Positions 48,301-60,560 of a stretch of 64,000 bases of DNA are shown here, one piece after another. The number at the start of each line of letters is the position of its first letter. The stretch's first letter is position 1. This DNA is from Gekko japonicus (Eukaryota). Both the position numbers and the translations under genes were made by a program. A model generated the notes under the pieces. The model saw only the letters and a program-made list of their open reading frames with translations, made no database searches and was not told the DNA's origin. The stretch is from contig NW_015166441.1 in NCBI RefSeq assembly GCF_001447785.1, positions 569,007-633,006 of the forward strand, given 5' to 3'.

Positions 48301-48819
48301 TGTTGTACTGCTGTCAAACTGCTAATAATCTGTAGGTCTTCCTCACCTGCAGAAGAAGGCCCTTTCATCACTCAGGAACCACTGTTGAGAAAGCCCTGGA
48401 GTGGGCAGATGCTGCCTGGATGTTGGTGCACATCCTTAGTCTGAGTTAAATTGCTGCCGAGAAGTACAGTGGGAGAGACACTCCTGAAGATATGTGGGTT
48501 CTAAGCCATGAAGGGCTTTATAGGCCATAACCAGTACCTTGAGTTGTCCCTAAATGGTGTAACCAACAGTTTCCTGGGACATACCATCAAAACAATTCCT
48601 CCAATAGTCCTACATTTCATCTGTACAAGATAGTAAATTAAAAGTTCAGTGTGTGGTGGTGATAGTATTTCTTGATTTGTTCATGTCAAATATTTGAGTA
48701 AACAATTTGTAAACCACATCTAATTATTAAATAGCAATGTACTGGCTCTGATAACTGTAGCATCTCTAGAGGTTAAATATTAAAGTGATTCATTAAAACA
48801 TAAATTATGTAGCACTGAC

Positions 48820-49900
48820 AGCTTTTATTTATTTTAAAAATTATCCTGCCTAAACTCTTTAGACCCAAGGTGGCTAACAATGCAACAAGCTGCAAGGTCC
48901 CAAAAGCAACACAACAGTCCATTAACAAGATAAAAACAATTCAAAGATAAAAAAAATTCAGCCCAATTTGCCAGATGTTTACCCACCAAATGCCCTCTGA
49001 ACTAAGATTGCCTTCTTAAATGTGAGTGAGCACCTTTCACACTCATTTAGGTGAGCCATAGCAGAGGACTGGACAAGTAACAAAACTCCCCTCACATAAC
49101 TCATCAAAGGACCATCCTGAGTCACACTAGTAAGAGTATCTGAAGGATTTAGCTGGCACATTGTTCAAAAAGTATAAGGGCCTAGGCCTTGAAGGGTTCT
49201 GAAGGCAATAACTAAGATCCTGAATTGTGACCAGAGCAAGTATGTGCAATTGACATGACAATGGAGTTGCATGTTCTGAGTGGCTGACCCCAGAAAGGAG
49301 TTTCTGCGGCATTTCATATCAGTTGAAGGTTTGGGGAGTTCCTTCAAAGGCAGACCCAAAAGATGGTGTTACAGTAGTCCAATATAGAGGTTACAGTATA
49401 TATAAAGGAATAGTCTGAGCAAGATGTAAGTGAACGAAGGTGTTGCTAACAACACTGCCAACCTGTTCATCCATTGACAAGAACTCTTAATGTAATTACT
49501 AAAGAGAACTTAACCTCAACTGTGTCTGGTAGATCAACATAAGCCAAACATTCTGTCTTCCCATCAAAATCTTGTCCAACTTGTCTGTAGAAAATGTGTG
49601 TGCACATGAAAGCTCATACCTTAACTAAAACTTTGTTGGTCTTAAAGGTGCCACTGGACTCTAAATTTGTTCTGCTGCTTCAGACCAACATGGCTGACCA
49701 CCTGGATCCATCTTGTCTGTATTCAGCCTAAACTTTGTTTACCCTCAGTGACTTGATCACAGCCTCAGGACACAGAGGTTTAGATAATGAGATGTAGTGC
49801 TGGATGTTATTTGTATACTGATAACAACCTGCTCCGGATGATCTTTGCTAAAGGTTTAAAATACATGTTACAGCATTAGACTTAAAATTAACCCTTGGGG
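48820..49900 (-). mobile_element. Old L2 LINE fragment(s)
   Basis: Minus-strand peptide ...WSQFRILVIAFRTLQGLGP resembles the L2 ORF2 C-terminus; L2-like tail at ~48825. Confidence 0.55.
49590..49711 (+). mobile_element. Penelope-like pseudo-LTR end inserted in L2
   Basis: gcacatgaaagctcatacc...ggtcttaaaggtgccactggactc...cagaccaacatggctgacc; TSD cttgtctgta. Confidence 0.8.
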
Positions 49901-50002
49901 CATCTGGCATATCAGATCTTACCTAGCTGATACTGTTATGGAAAATAATTGTTTCCTGCCAACAAGAAAAAATGCTAGGTTACTGACTGGAACATCATGG
50001 TC

Positions 50003-51233
50003 ATAAGAACATGAGAGGAGCCATGTTGGATCAGGTCAATGGCCCAATTAGTCCAACATTCTGTCACACAGTGGCCAAAACTCAGGTGCCATCAGCAGGT
50101 CCATCAGCAGGGCCAGAACTCCAGAAGCCCTCCCACTGTTGCCCCCCAAGCCCAAGAATACAGAGCATCACTGCCCCAGATATAGTGTTCCATCTATAGC
50201 TTGTGGCTACTACCTACTGATGGACCTCTGTTCCATATATTTATCCAGTACCCTCTTGAAGTTGTCTATGCTTGTAGACACCACCATTTCCTGTGGCAGT
50301 GAATTCCACAGGTTAATTACTGAGTGAAGAAGTGCTTCCTTTTATCTGTTCTAAACCTACTGCTCATCAATTTCATTGAGTGCCCATGAGTTCGTGTATC
50401 GTGAGAAAGGGAGAAAAGTACCTCTTTCTCTACCTGCTCTTTCCCATGCATAATCTTATACACCTCTGTCATGTCACCCCTCAATTGTCATTTCTCCAGG
50501 TTAAAAAGCCCTGACCTCTTTAACCTTTCTTCTTAGGGAAGGTGTTCCATCCCCTTAATCTTTCTAGTTGCCCTTTTCGGCATTTTTTCCAATGCTATAA
50601 TATATTTTTTGAGGTGCGGTGACCAGAACTGTATACAATATTCAAAATGAGGTTGCACCATAGATTTATAAAGGGGCATTTTGATCCTGGCTGATTTGTT
50701 TTCAGTCCCCTTCCTAATAATTCCCAGCACAGCATTTGCCTTTTTTATTGGAGTCACACATTGAGTTGACATTTTCAGGGAGTCATCTACCAAGATCTCT
50801 TTCCTGGTCAGTTACCACCAGCTCAGACCTCATCGAGGTATATTTATAGTAAGGATTTTTGCCTCCAGTGTGCATTACTTTGCCCATGCCCACATTGGAC
50901 CTCATTTGCCACAATGACACCGATTCACCCAGCCTCAACAGATCTCTCTGGAGCGCCTCATAGTCTTCCCTGGTTCTCACCACCCTAAACAGCTAGTCAC
51001 TTCATTGCTTACTCCCAACTTGAAATAATGAACATTAAAAAGCACTAGACCTAGAACCAAGCCCTGCAGTACGTCACAGCTTACCACCTTCCACTGCGAA
51101 AACTGCCCATTTATACTCACTTTTTGTTTCTTGTTAATTAACCAGTTTTTAATCCACAAAAGCACTTGTCCTCTTAGCCCATGACTTCTGAGTTTACTTG
51201 GGAGCCTTTTATGAGGAACTTTGTCAAAAGCTC
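50003..51233 (-). mobile_element. CR1 LINE 3' fragment
   Basis: AFDKVPHKRL...WIKNWL, FEYCIQFWSPHLKK; CR1 terminal cataagaac repeat. Confidence 0.9.
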
Positions 51234-51235
51234 TT

Positions 51236-51583
51236 ATTATTCCAATTATGCAGCAGCTGCACTGGTTACCAATTAGTCTCTGGATCCAATTCAAGGTGTT
51301 AGTGTTGATCTTCAAAGCCCTCAAGAGTCTGGGACCCTCATTTTTATGGGACCGCCTCTCCGGTAACAACCTTCCATGGTCCCTTCAATCATCGTTTAGG
51401 GGCCTCTTGCAGGCGCCTGGCCACAGGATGGCTTGGTTAGCTGTCACCAGGAAAAGGGCTTTCTCAGTTGTGGCCCCTACTCTGTGGAATGCCCTCTCTG
51501 ATGACACCCGTGCCCTGCTGGACTTGTTTAGTTTCTGCAGGGCATGCAAAACTGAATTCTTTAGGCTGGCCTTTGGAGGGTAA
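51236..51583 (+). mobile_element. L2 LINE ORF2 C-terminal fragment
   Basis: PIMQQLHWLPISLWIQFKVLVLIFKAL...RAFSVVAPTLWNAL...CKTEFFRLAF. Confidence 0.85.
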
Positions 51584-51584
51584 C

Positions 51585-54580
51585 CACATGCAGCCCTCAG
51601 ACTTCAGTAATGTGTGTGACAAGTTCCCTGCCATCTTCGATGGGACACTCAGCCGGTACACAGGTCCCTCGGTGCGGCCTGTCCGCCTCAAGGCCCAGAG
51701 AGTTCCGTTTGTGCTCAAGCCCAAAATTGAGGCGTAACTGGACCGTTGGGTGGTGCAAGAAGTTTTAGAGCCGGTTCCCCATGCCACCTGGGAGACCCCC
51801 ATCGTAACCTCAATTAAGCCAAACAGGGATGTCGCATCTGCGCGGACTACAAATGTACAATCAACAAGGCTCTGAGTGACCATGAATACCCAGTGCCTGT
51901 GGTCAGCCATGTCCTAGCGACATTGGCAGGGGCCAAGGTCTTTGGTAAATTGGACTTGGCCCAAGCATACCAACAGCTCCTGGTGGACGAGCCAACTGCT
52001 GAGGCACAGACCATTGTCACGCACCAGGGTGTTTTCAGAGTCAAGCGGCTGCAGTTTGGGGTAAGCGTGGCCCTGGGAATCTTCCAGAACTTAATGGACT
52101 CTCGCTTGAAAGGCATCCCTGGGGTCCAACCCTTCTTCGATGATGTATTAATCGCCGCCCCCATGGAAGAGGACTTCACCACCCGCCTACACACCATGCT
52201 GTAGTGATCTGACTCTGCCGGGCTAAAAGTGAAGTGGGAGAAATGCCTCCTGGGAGTCACCCGTGTAGAGTTCCTGGGGTTCTCCGTGGATGCAGATGGC
52301 ATCCACCCGGCCCCCGACAAGGTTCACGCCATCACGAATGCACCCACTCCCACGTCCAAGGCCGAGTTGCAGGCTTTCTTGGGGCCTCTGAACTTTTACC
52401 ACTCCTTCCTGTGCCATAAAGCTGCACTCATGGAGCCCCTCCTCTGCCTGCTCAACAAGAAGGCCCTGTGGGTGTGGGGCTGGCGGCAGGCCGCCGCTTT
52501 CCAGGTCATGAAGGAGCTACTCGTGTCGAACGATATCCTTGCCCATTTCGACAAAGCTGCCGGTTGTCTTGGCATGCAATGCTTTTCTTTATGGCATCAG
52601 TGCTGTCCTGGGCCATTGGTTGCTGGACAGGAGGGAGGTGCCGGTGGCCTACAACTCCCAGACCCTGTTGTCAGCCGAATGGAACTACTCCGAGATTGAC
52701 AAAGAGGCCCTTGCAATCATGGCGGGAGTAAAAAAGTTCCACAATTACCTGTATGGCCGCCCCTTCACCATCGCGACCGATCACAAGCCCCTGCTCAGTC
52801 TCCTCACACCGACCACCAAATGCCACAGATGCTGTCACCCAGGGTCTTGTGCTGGTCCATTTTTCTGGGGGGTTACCAATATGCCCTGTAATACCGGCCA
52901 GGGAAGTCCATGGGACACGCAGACGCTCTTAGCCGCCTCCCACTCAGCTCTGTCGACCCAAATCTGGCCTCTGCACACCAAATCCTGATGATGGAGAACC
53001 TGCCAGACTGCCCTCTGCACGCTGTGGACATTTCCCGCCACACCACCAGGGATCGTGTCCTCTCCTACGTTTTGGACTGGGTGGTGAGGTGATGGCCCAC
53101 GGATCGGGTGGGCCCAGAACTCACAGCATTTGCATCCCACTGAGACGAGCTCTCAGCGCACAAGGGGTGCCTCCTATGGCATAGCCGGGTAGTGATTCCC
53201 CCACCACTACGTAAATGGGTTTTGGAAGTCCTGCATGAGACCCACCCAGGAATCATGAAGATGAAAACGCTGGCCAGGAGCTACGTGCGGTGGCCAGGAA
53301 TGGACAGCGAGATCGAGGCCTGGGTACAGCATTGCCAGGCCTGCCAAGAGACACGGCCCGAACCTCCGAGGGCTCCCATTCACCAATGAGAGTCTACACA
53401 CCGTGGGCATGGGTGCATTTGGACTATGCCGGCCCATTCCAGGGGCAGTTGTTCTTCCTCCTGGTGGACTACTACACCAAGTGGCTGGAAGTCGTACCAG
53501 TCACCTCTACCTCCTCCCGTGCAGCCATCCAGACCCTGAGACAGATTTTTAGTACACATGGTCTACCAGACGCGGTCATGACCAATAACGGCGCCACCTT
53601 CACCTCAGCAGAGTTCAAGGACTTCTTAGACCAGAACCTCATCAGGGCCATGCGGTCTGCTCCATTCTACCCGGCTACCAACAGACAAGGCAAGCGAATG
53701 GTGCAGATGACCAAGGAGGCGCTAAAGCAGCTCACCCATGGGGACTGGAACTGATGGCTGTCTGTCTTTTTGTTTGGTCATCAAGTGACTCTGAGTGCAT
53801 CTACCAGCCGCAGCCCCACAGAACTCTTAATAGGCCACCACCTCATGACACGGCTGGACCGCCTGCACTCAGACTGAGCCCCAGAGTTGCGCCACACTCC
53901 GTTGAGCCTGGAGGCCCCCAGAGGGTTCTTTCCGGGGGACCCTGTCTTTGCGCAGAACTATTCCAGCGGCCCTGCATGGATTCCAGCATGGGTTACCCAA
54001 GTCACCGGACCCCTATTGTACGAGGTATCAACGGATGGGGGCCAGCTACTATGCAGACATATCGACCAGCTCCGCTGCCACCTACTGCCCATGGAGCTGG
54101 ACCTTTTCTTCTGCCAAGCAGGAGGATGATGGCCTGGAACCACCACTGCTGTTGCCGCAGACAGAGAACGGCCCCCCAGACAACAGCATGCAGCCAGATG
54201 GCCGGGAAGAGGAAGATACTGCACCAGCTGCTCTGGACCTCCCAGACTCTGTTCCCAACTCGCAGGACTCCAGTGCGGGTCCTGCTTCACCAAGCATGGC
54301 TCCGGAGTTGGTTCAACAACTGCAGGAGCCCTGGTATTCGCAGAGGGAACGTCGCAAGCTAGCGTACCTTGAATACTATGTCTGTTAGGGTGCTTTGGAA
54401 CTTAGGGGGGAGGGGTGTTATGTATTGGGATTGAATCATTCCTGATTGAATCACCCCAGAGACTGGCTGATCTTGGAGCATAAGAACAATAGCCTGCCAG
54501 GATTCTGAAAGTAACCAATCTAGTAGTAATGTTATGTAAATAGCCTATCACTGGGAGTGGGGTGTGTTTGTTGGGAGACT
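51585..54580 (+). mobile_element. Degenerate Gypsy pol (RT-RNase H-integrase) with PPT and partial 3' LTR
   Basis: KLDLAQAYQQL, FFDDVLI, DKEALAI...TDHKPL, ADALSR, HETHPG...CQAC, HGLPD; PPT 54403-54415; LTR starts tgttatgtatt at 54416; many stops and frameshifts. Confidence 0.92.
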
Positions 54581-54589
54581 ATATCATTG

Positions 54590-54737
54590 GTTTTAAATTG
54601 TATTATATAGTTATTATATGTTTATTATTCTTATTGCTTGTAATATTGTCTATTGAATTGTATTTTACTTTGTTGTAAGGTACCCTGAGCCTTATTGGTT
54701 GAGGGTGTGGTGGGGTATAAATTTTATAAATAAATAA
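54590..54737 (+). mobile_element. L2-type 3' tail
   Basis: T-rich tract, then ttgtaaggtaccctgagcc...ggggtataaattttataaataaataa. Confidence 0.5.
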
Positions 54738-56961
54738 GAGCAGAAATCTATCAAATAAATACAGTGAAATCTGGCCCAAATGCTGGCATACTGATAAAGC
54801 TGATGCTGGTTGGCACAGCAGGTCTCTATCTAGACTAAGTTATCTGAAACATTCAGAAATTAATATGATACTTGGAAGGGTGTTGCGCATACATGTATGG
54901 GTGCAAATTAGTGCTTCTGGAGGAGGGAAGGCTTTCAACCTCTCTGCTAGGATTGTCTTAAATTCTGGTCTTTTATGCAGTGAACTGCAACCTCACAGGA
55001 CTCTTTAACTACAAGCAAATATCACAATGAAGATTCAACGGTACTTCGCTTAAACTTCAGACCAAAATTCTTCACTTTCTCTGCCTACAATGGGTGTGCA
55101 TTATATCAACTACAAAACACAATGTATCCTCTTCTTTAATCTTATTATAACTAGTGCAAAATGAAAAAAATAGTATGTCTCTAATAGTTTAATATTGCTG
55201 GCTCATTTACTTGGGTGAGGGATCTGATTTGATTCAATAAAAACAGCACTGGTTCCAGTTTGCTTGCTGTTCTGTTGTCTCTGGGGTTGTGCCTTCTCAG
55301 CACAGGACAAAGATTTTGCTTGCATATGATGGCATACAGGGAGGCAGTGTTGCGGGGGGGGGGGACTTAGCAAATCTGCAATAAGTACACTTTACTATCT
55401 GTTCATGCATTGCACAGTCCAAGCCATTACCTCTCTTTGCTGGATGCCAGGCAGTGTCTATCAGGCCATCTTCATGGGCATGCAACATAATCAGTAACAA
55501 AAGAGATGGACAGATTAGAGCCAAACCTGATAAATCACAAAGTTTCTCCTTTGTGCCCTCCTTCCTTCTTGAGCTAGAAAATGTATTATCTCTGCCCACG
55601 CTGCAAACAAGAATGTTAATTGTCTATAAAATCAAGATTTTATGCCCAGAATTTGGCAGTGAGGATCCTTTGGCTGAGGGCTATAACAATTGAAGTTTTC
55701 ATCCTAATTCAGTGGGAATGGTTGCAGCCAGAAATGTGTTTTCCACTGAAATTAATATCCAGTATAATAAATAAACCAAACATATGCAATAACAAAAATA
55801 TAGAGAAAGAAGGTAAGTATGGCGGGGATGGTAGGTAGTAAGGATTCATATTTGGCTGTAAGAAGATAGCAGACACAGGTGCTGAATTTCTGTTGTTGCC
55901 ATTGTTTACCTGACAATTTTTCAGGCACCTATTGAGAAATATATATATATATATGTATATAGCAATTTTATCTGTTCAAGACTTCGTAATCTTTTTTAAA
56001 AGCACCCATATAAGAAAGGCAGTATTATTAATGTAAAATTATAGACAGGGATATGTGTTGAGGGAACAGTGATATATATAAGGCCACTTAGCAAGTTCAA
56101 GGATTTGAACCAGACACTTCCTGGCTCCTAGCTCACACTCATAGTTATTACATCTGCCCAGTTTGAAACATGTCAGGAGCCATTTACCTGTTCAAACAAC
56201 AAAATACTACATTTGAAATAACAATTGGACATGTAAATAAGTCTCTTTAGGATTATTAAAGGAGCGGTGCAAAACTGTTACAGGGTCTATCTATATGCAC
56301 AGCTGGCTTGCCAAACTGATGTTATTAAGTGTTGTTATTAAGTCTCATTCTGTGGTGATGTTTTGAAGCCAGGTTATGGAACAGACTGTGATACTTGTGC
56401 AAATGCAATTAGCGAGCAGACCATGCTCCAGTCATGTTACAATATTGTGCAACATATGGACAAAAACTCTATCTCAGAAAGGCTAAGGATCAGTCACTAA
56501 AAGAATGATTCTATTGGTTTTAATCTAATCATTTCCCCTTAGCTATCATTCAAAATAATTCTTAGACAAATGTAGAGAAAGGACAATAGCATGGCTTAAC
56601 TAAAGTAATAACACAATGATTTAATCAAGGTTAGATAGCGACCAAATAAGTGTTCCAAACCACATTTACCTTAAAGTAAGATTCAGATTTGACTGGCTTT
56701 TGAGCAAGGGAAACCTTTACCTTTTTTAAAGATTAAGATTTAAGCAGATGTACACCTTGAATAAATACCAGTACATGTGAACATATCAACAGGAAGATGG
56801 GTATACTTCTTGAGTAAGAAAACATGTGGCTTCTCCCTCCCCTCTTGTTTCTTATAAATAACTCATTGAAGCTCTTTACCAAGTGTATAATTTTTATGGC
56901 TGTCTATGGCTTTGCTTTCCTTATACTTGCATTTGATCAAATGCATTTGATCAAGATCAAA

Positions 56962-57311
56962 GGAGCTGCGGTGGCTCAAGTGGTTAAGACGCTGAACTGC
57001 AGGCTATGGAAGGTCGGTAGTTCAGCAGTTCGAGACCCGGGTTGCCGCATGACGGAGTGAGCTCCCGTCTCTAGTTCCAGCTCCTGCCAACCTAGCAGTT
57101 CGAAAGCAAGAAATTGCAAGTAGATAAATAGGGACCACTTCAGTGGGAAGGTAACAGCGTTCCGTCCACCTTGGTGTTTAGTCATGCCGGCCACATGACC
57201 ACGGAAACGTCTTCGGACAGCGCTGGCTCTTCGGCTTTGAAACAGAGATGAGCACCGCAACCCTAGAGTCGGACTCGACTGGCTTTCGAGCAAGGGAACC
57301 TTTACCTTTAC
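56962..57311 (+). mobile_element. Sauria SINE, full length
   Basis: tRNA-like head, (ACCTTT)n tail, ~41-bp TSD; short 3' fragment of the same family at ~56690-56725. Confidence 0.9.
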
Positions 57312-59065
57312 CTATGGCTTTGCTTTCCTCATACTTGCATTTGATCAAGATCCCTAAGGGTACCTGGGACAAAGGTGACATGCCCCAGCAGATAATAGCT
57401 CTTTTCAACACCAATCTTGCTGTGTGTGCATGTGTGTGTATGTGTATGTGTGTGTGTGGCCTAACTAAACATATCGCAACCATGTGCAGTGAAGAGTTAC
57501 TGACATGTAACAGAAGTTATTTCAGAATGATGTCTACATAGTCACATACCCAGCTAACTCTTCCATTACATTTATTCTTCACTGTTATGTCCCCATCCTC
57601 TCATAGCCATAAGACTGTCACATCATTTCTTCCCTTTAAGCATCTCTGGCTGCAATCCTAAACTCAGTTACTAGGTAATAAGTCTTGTTAAGTATAGTGG
57701 GATTGTCATAAACAATGCATAGAAATACATTGCACATTCTGACTCTGCTAGACTTACCAATAATCAAGTAAACACTCATTCACATATGCAACCTTGCTAG
57801 ATCCTTCTTACCTCTTCAGTAAGGTATTTGAGAACAATTTATTTGAGAATAAGTCATATTTATTTTGGTGGAACTTCTAAGTAAACATGAAGTCTGTCTG
57901 AAGACCAGACAGAGCCCTTGGTATCCTTTAGCTACCTTTCAGTCCAGTGATAGGAAAATATGCCCGGGATTTTATAGTGCTGGCAAACACTGACATAGTC
58001 CCATTGGACATGGAGGGCTGGATTGCTTGAGGGATCCCTCATCAGGGTTGACTTGCATATTTGACTGGGTTATCTCAAATCTAACACCCCAGATAAAGCT
58101 GTCATCCTACCATACAAAATCTCAAATGGAGTCATTTCATCCTTAAGCATATTTGCATGGTGACCCGAAATAAGTTTGCTCAGAAATGTTCCATTGACCA
58201 CAACGAGACTTACTCCCTAATAGGTTCTCCTAGGATTTCAGCCTTAGGCTGCAGCTTTAATAATAATGTATGTAACCATGACCCTTAAGTTCCAGTGATG
58301 TGTAAGAGCAAACCTAAATATGCAGTTCTAAACAAACAGAGTTGGAAATGACACAATTGGACTTCCTTCTGAGTAAACAATGTTGGGCTGTTACTAGGAC
58401 ATAATTCCTGCTCAACTCACTGGGACTAACTTCTGTATAAAATGCTTTTTCACATCTGGAAAACCTAGGCATAATTTCCACATAATTGTATCCCCGGCAA
58501 ATCAGACTAATTAAGGTTGCGGTCCTAGGCACACTGACCTGGGAATAAGCACTCTCAAGTTAACAAACTGAGCATAGAATTGGGTTGCAATCCTATACAC
58601 ATCTACTGGGGAGTAACCACCACTGAATAAAATGGACAACCTTGTTCACACCTATGGAAGACAATGGGAGTTATTTGTGCATAAACATCCATAAGATCAG
58701 GCTGAAAAGAGTGAGACAGGATGAAACAGAGATGATCCCAATCCTCATGTCTGTGGATATGAAATCATTATGGTAGTTACTACTGTGTATAGTTTGTTGC
58801 AAGTTAGAACCTACTATGTAATTTTGCATAATTTAATGAGTCATGTTAACACTTATACTTGGCTTCAATGTTGTTTTTTAGATTTCTGGTTGGTTCTGCA
58901 ACCTAAATCCTGTTTCATTGTTTACTGAATGTCTCATCCCATTGATTGTATTTACTCACTCTGTGCTATGAGTCGCAGTGAGAAAGGCGGACTATAAATA
59001 ACATAAATATAATTAAACAAATAAAATAGTTAGCCAGACTGATATAGTGTCAGTGTAGTCTCTGA

Positions 59066-59268
59066 ACAAAGTTTGAGTGCAGCGACACCTTTACGACCAA
59101 CAACGTTTTATTCAAGGTATAAACTTCTGTGTGCAAGCACTGTATCTGAAGAAGTGTGCTCGCACACGAAAGCTTATACCTCAAATAAAACTTTGTTGAT
59201 CTTAAAGGTGCCCCTGGCCTGGACTCAAACTTTGTTCTGCTGCTTCAGACCAACATGGCTGCCCACCT
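59066..59268. mobile_element. Penelope-like inverted pair inserted in a SINE
   Basis: aacaaagtttgagtgcagcgacacctttacgaccaacaac / tttgttgatcttaaaggtgcccctggcctggactcaaactttgtt plus tail. Confidence 0.8.
59142..59179 (+). ncRNA. Minimal PLE-type hammerhead ribozyme motif with intact core
   Basis: GTAT-CTGAAGA-A-GTGTG ctcg CACAC-GAAA-GCTTA-TAC; palindromic AAGCTT in place of stem III. Confidence 0.7.
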
Positions 59269-59659
59269 GAGTGTAGGATCTGAGAGATTCATGGTCAGAT
59301 GATCCACCTTCTGTCATGGAAGCTTGCTGGGTGACCTTGAGTCAGTCACACACTTTCAGCCTAACCTACCTCAAAGGGTTGTCAGGATAAAATGCAGGAG
59401 AGGAGAATGATGTAAGCTACTTTGCGTTTCCATTGGGGAGAAAGGCAGAGTGTAAATGAACTAAGCAAATAGGAATTAATTCTGGAGGAGTGCGAGGTGT
59501 AATAATTTAATTGCCACTGGAGTTCTGTTTTGGTTTCCAGCAGCATCCTTGCTTCCTGGAAGCTTGGTAGCTCTTCCCAAACAGCTGAGCTAGCGTTGTT
59601 TGAGTCCACCCTTATATGGAAAGCGTACTTGTTTATACCCCTGTATTTATAATTCTGGC

Positions 59660-59726
59660 GTGATGAGGTCCATGGGGTCGCGAAGAGTCGAACTCTCGAC
59701 TATGCGACTGAACAACAACAACAACA
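59660..59726 (+). mobile_element. BovB 3' terminal fragment
   Basis: gtccatggggtcgcgaagagtcg...cgactgaacaacaacaacaac. Confidence 0.75.
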
Positions 59727-59744
59727 TTCATATTTCCATTTCCC

Positions 59745-60560
59745 CACCGTAGTCAAGTCCCCAGACGCATCTCTGGTTCGCGGACGCTTGCGTCCTGCCA
59801 GCCCAATATTCCTCGCCAAGCAGTCAGCCCACCTCGGCAGCGGAAAGGGACAGTAAGAGGGGAGCTTGGCTACCGGCCTCGCGGCGGCCTAAGAAGACTG
59901 GACAAGATTTTCACTTGTGCCGCAGTGCTGTGCGCTGCCGGTAGGGCCGGCTAGGGGGCGCTGGTTGTCGAGACCGAAGGCGGCCCTCTGAGTAAGTAAG
60001 TAAGCGAGCGAGCCAAGCAGCAACCCTGGGAACCGAGAGAGGCTGGGCGGGCGTCGTGCTGGACCTTCCTGCGCTCGCTGCGTGTGAGGCCCGCCCGACT
60101 AGTGGCGCGTTCGGCACTCAGGGGGCCCTTCAGCAATGCAGGCCCGGTGGCGCTTGCTGTTGCTGCCTTTGGAGGTGAGTGTGTGCCGGCCTCGCTCCCA
60201 GCCCCCCCCCTCCCCCGGGCTGCAAAGGCCGGGCCGGGGGCATCCCTCTCTCCAGGCCCCTGTAGGCAGGCGGTGTGAGGGGCCGCTGGTTGCCTCTGTT
60301 TGGGAAGGGGTGGGGGACCCGGTTAAGGGACAACAGGGCTGTTGCCTTTTGGAGAGCCGCGCTGGGAAAGCTGAATCAATGTCCCTCTTTTTAGCGAGGA
60401 CACTCGGAAAGGGGAGAGGGACCACAGGCAGGGGCGGGAAAAGCGACTTATTTGCTTCCGAGGGAAAAGAGACCTCGGCGCTTATCCCTCAGAGGGGGAA
60501 GCCGTGTCCGTGGGTCTGTGCGCCTCGATTCCTTGTTCTTATTGGAGCGACGCTGAAGGA
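59745..60560 (+). promoter_or_regulatory. CpG island and probable non-coding first exon of the next gene (ZFYVE9 by synteny)
   Basis: High CpG density; donor-like sites ga|gtaagt ~59991 and gag|gtgagt at 60174/60175; ZFYVE9 follows BTF3L4 in other amniotes; no coding exon visible. Confidence 0.55.

Noticed and set aside
52120-52150. FFDD in place of YxDD as a novel RT motif
   Set aside because: The copy is full of stops and frameshifts; one TAC>TTC change explains it
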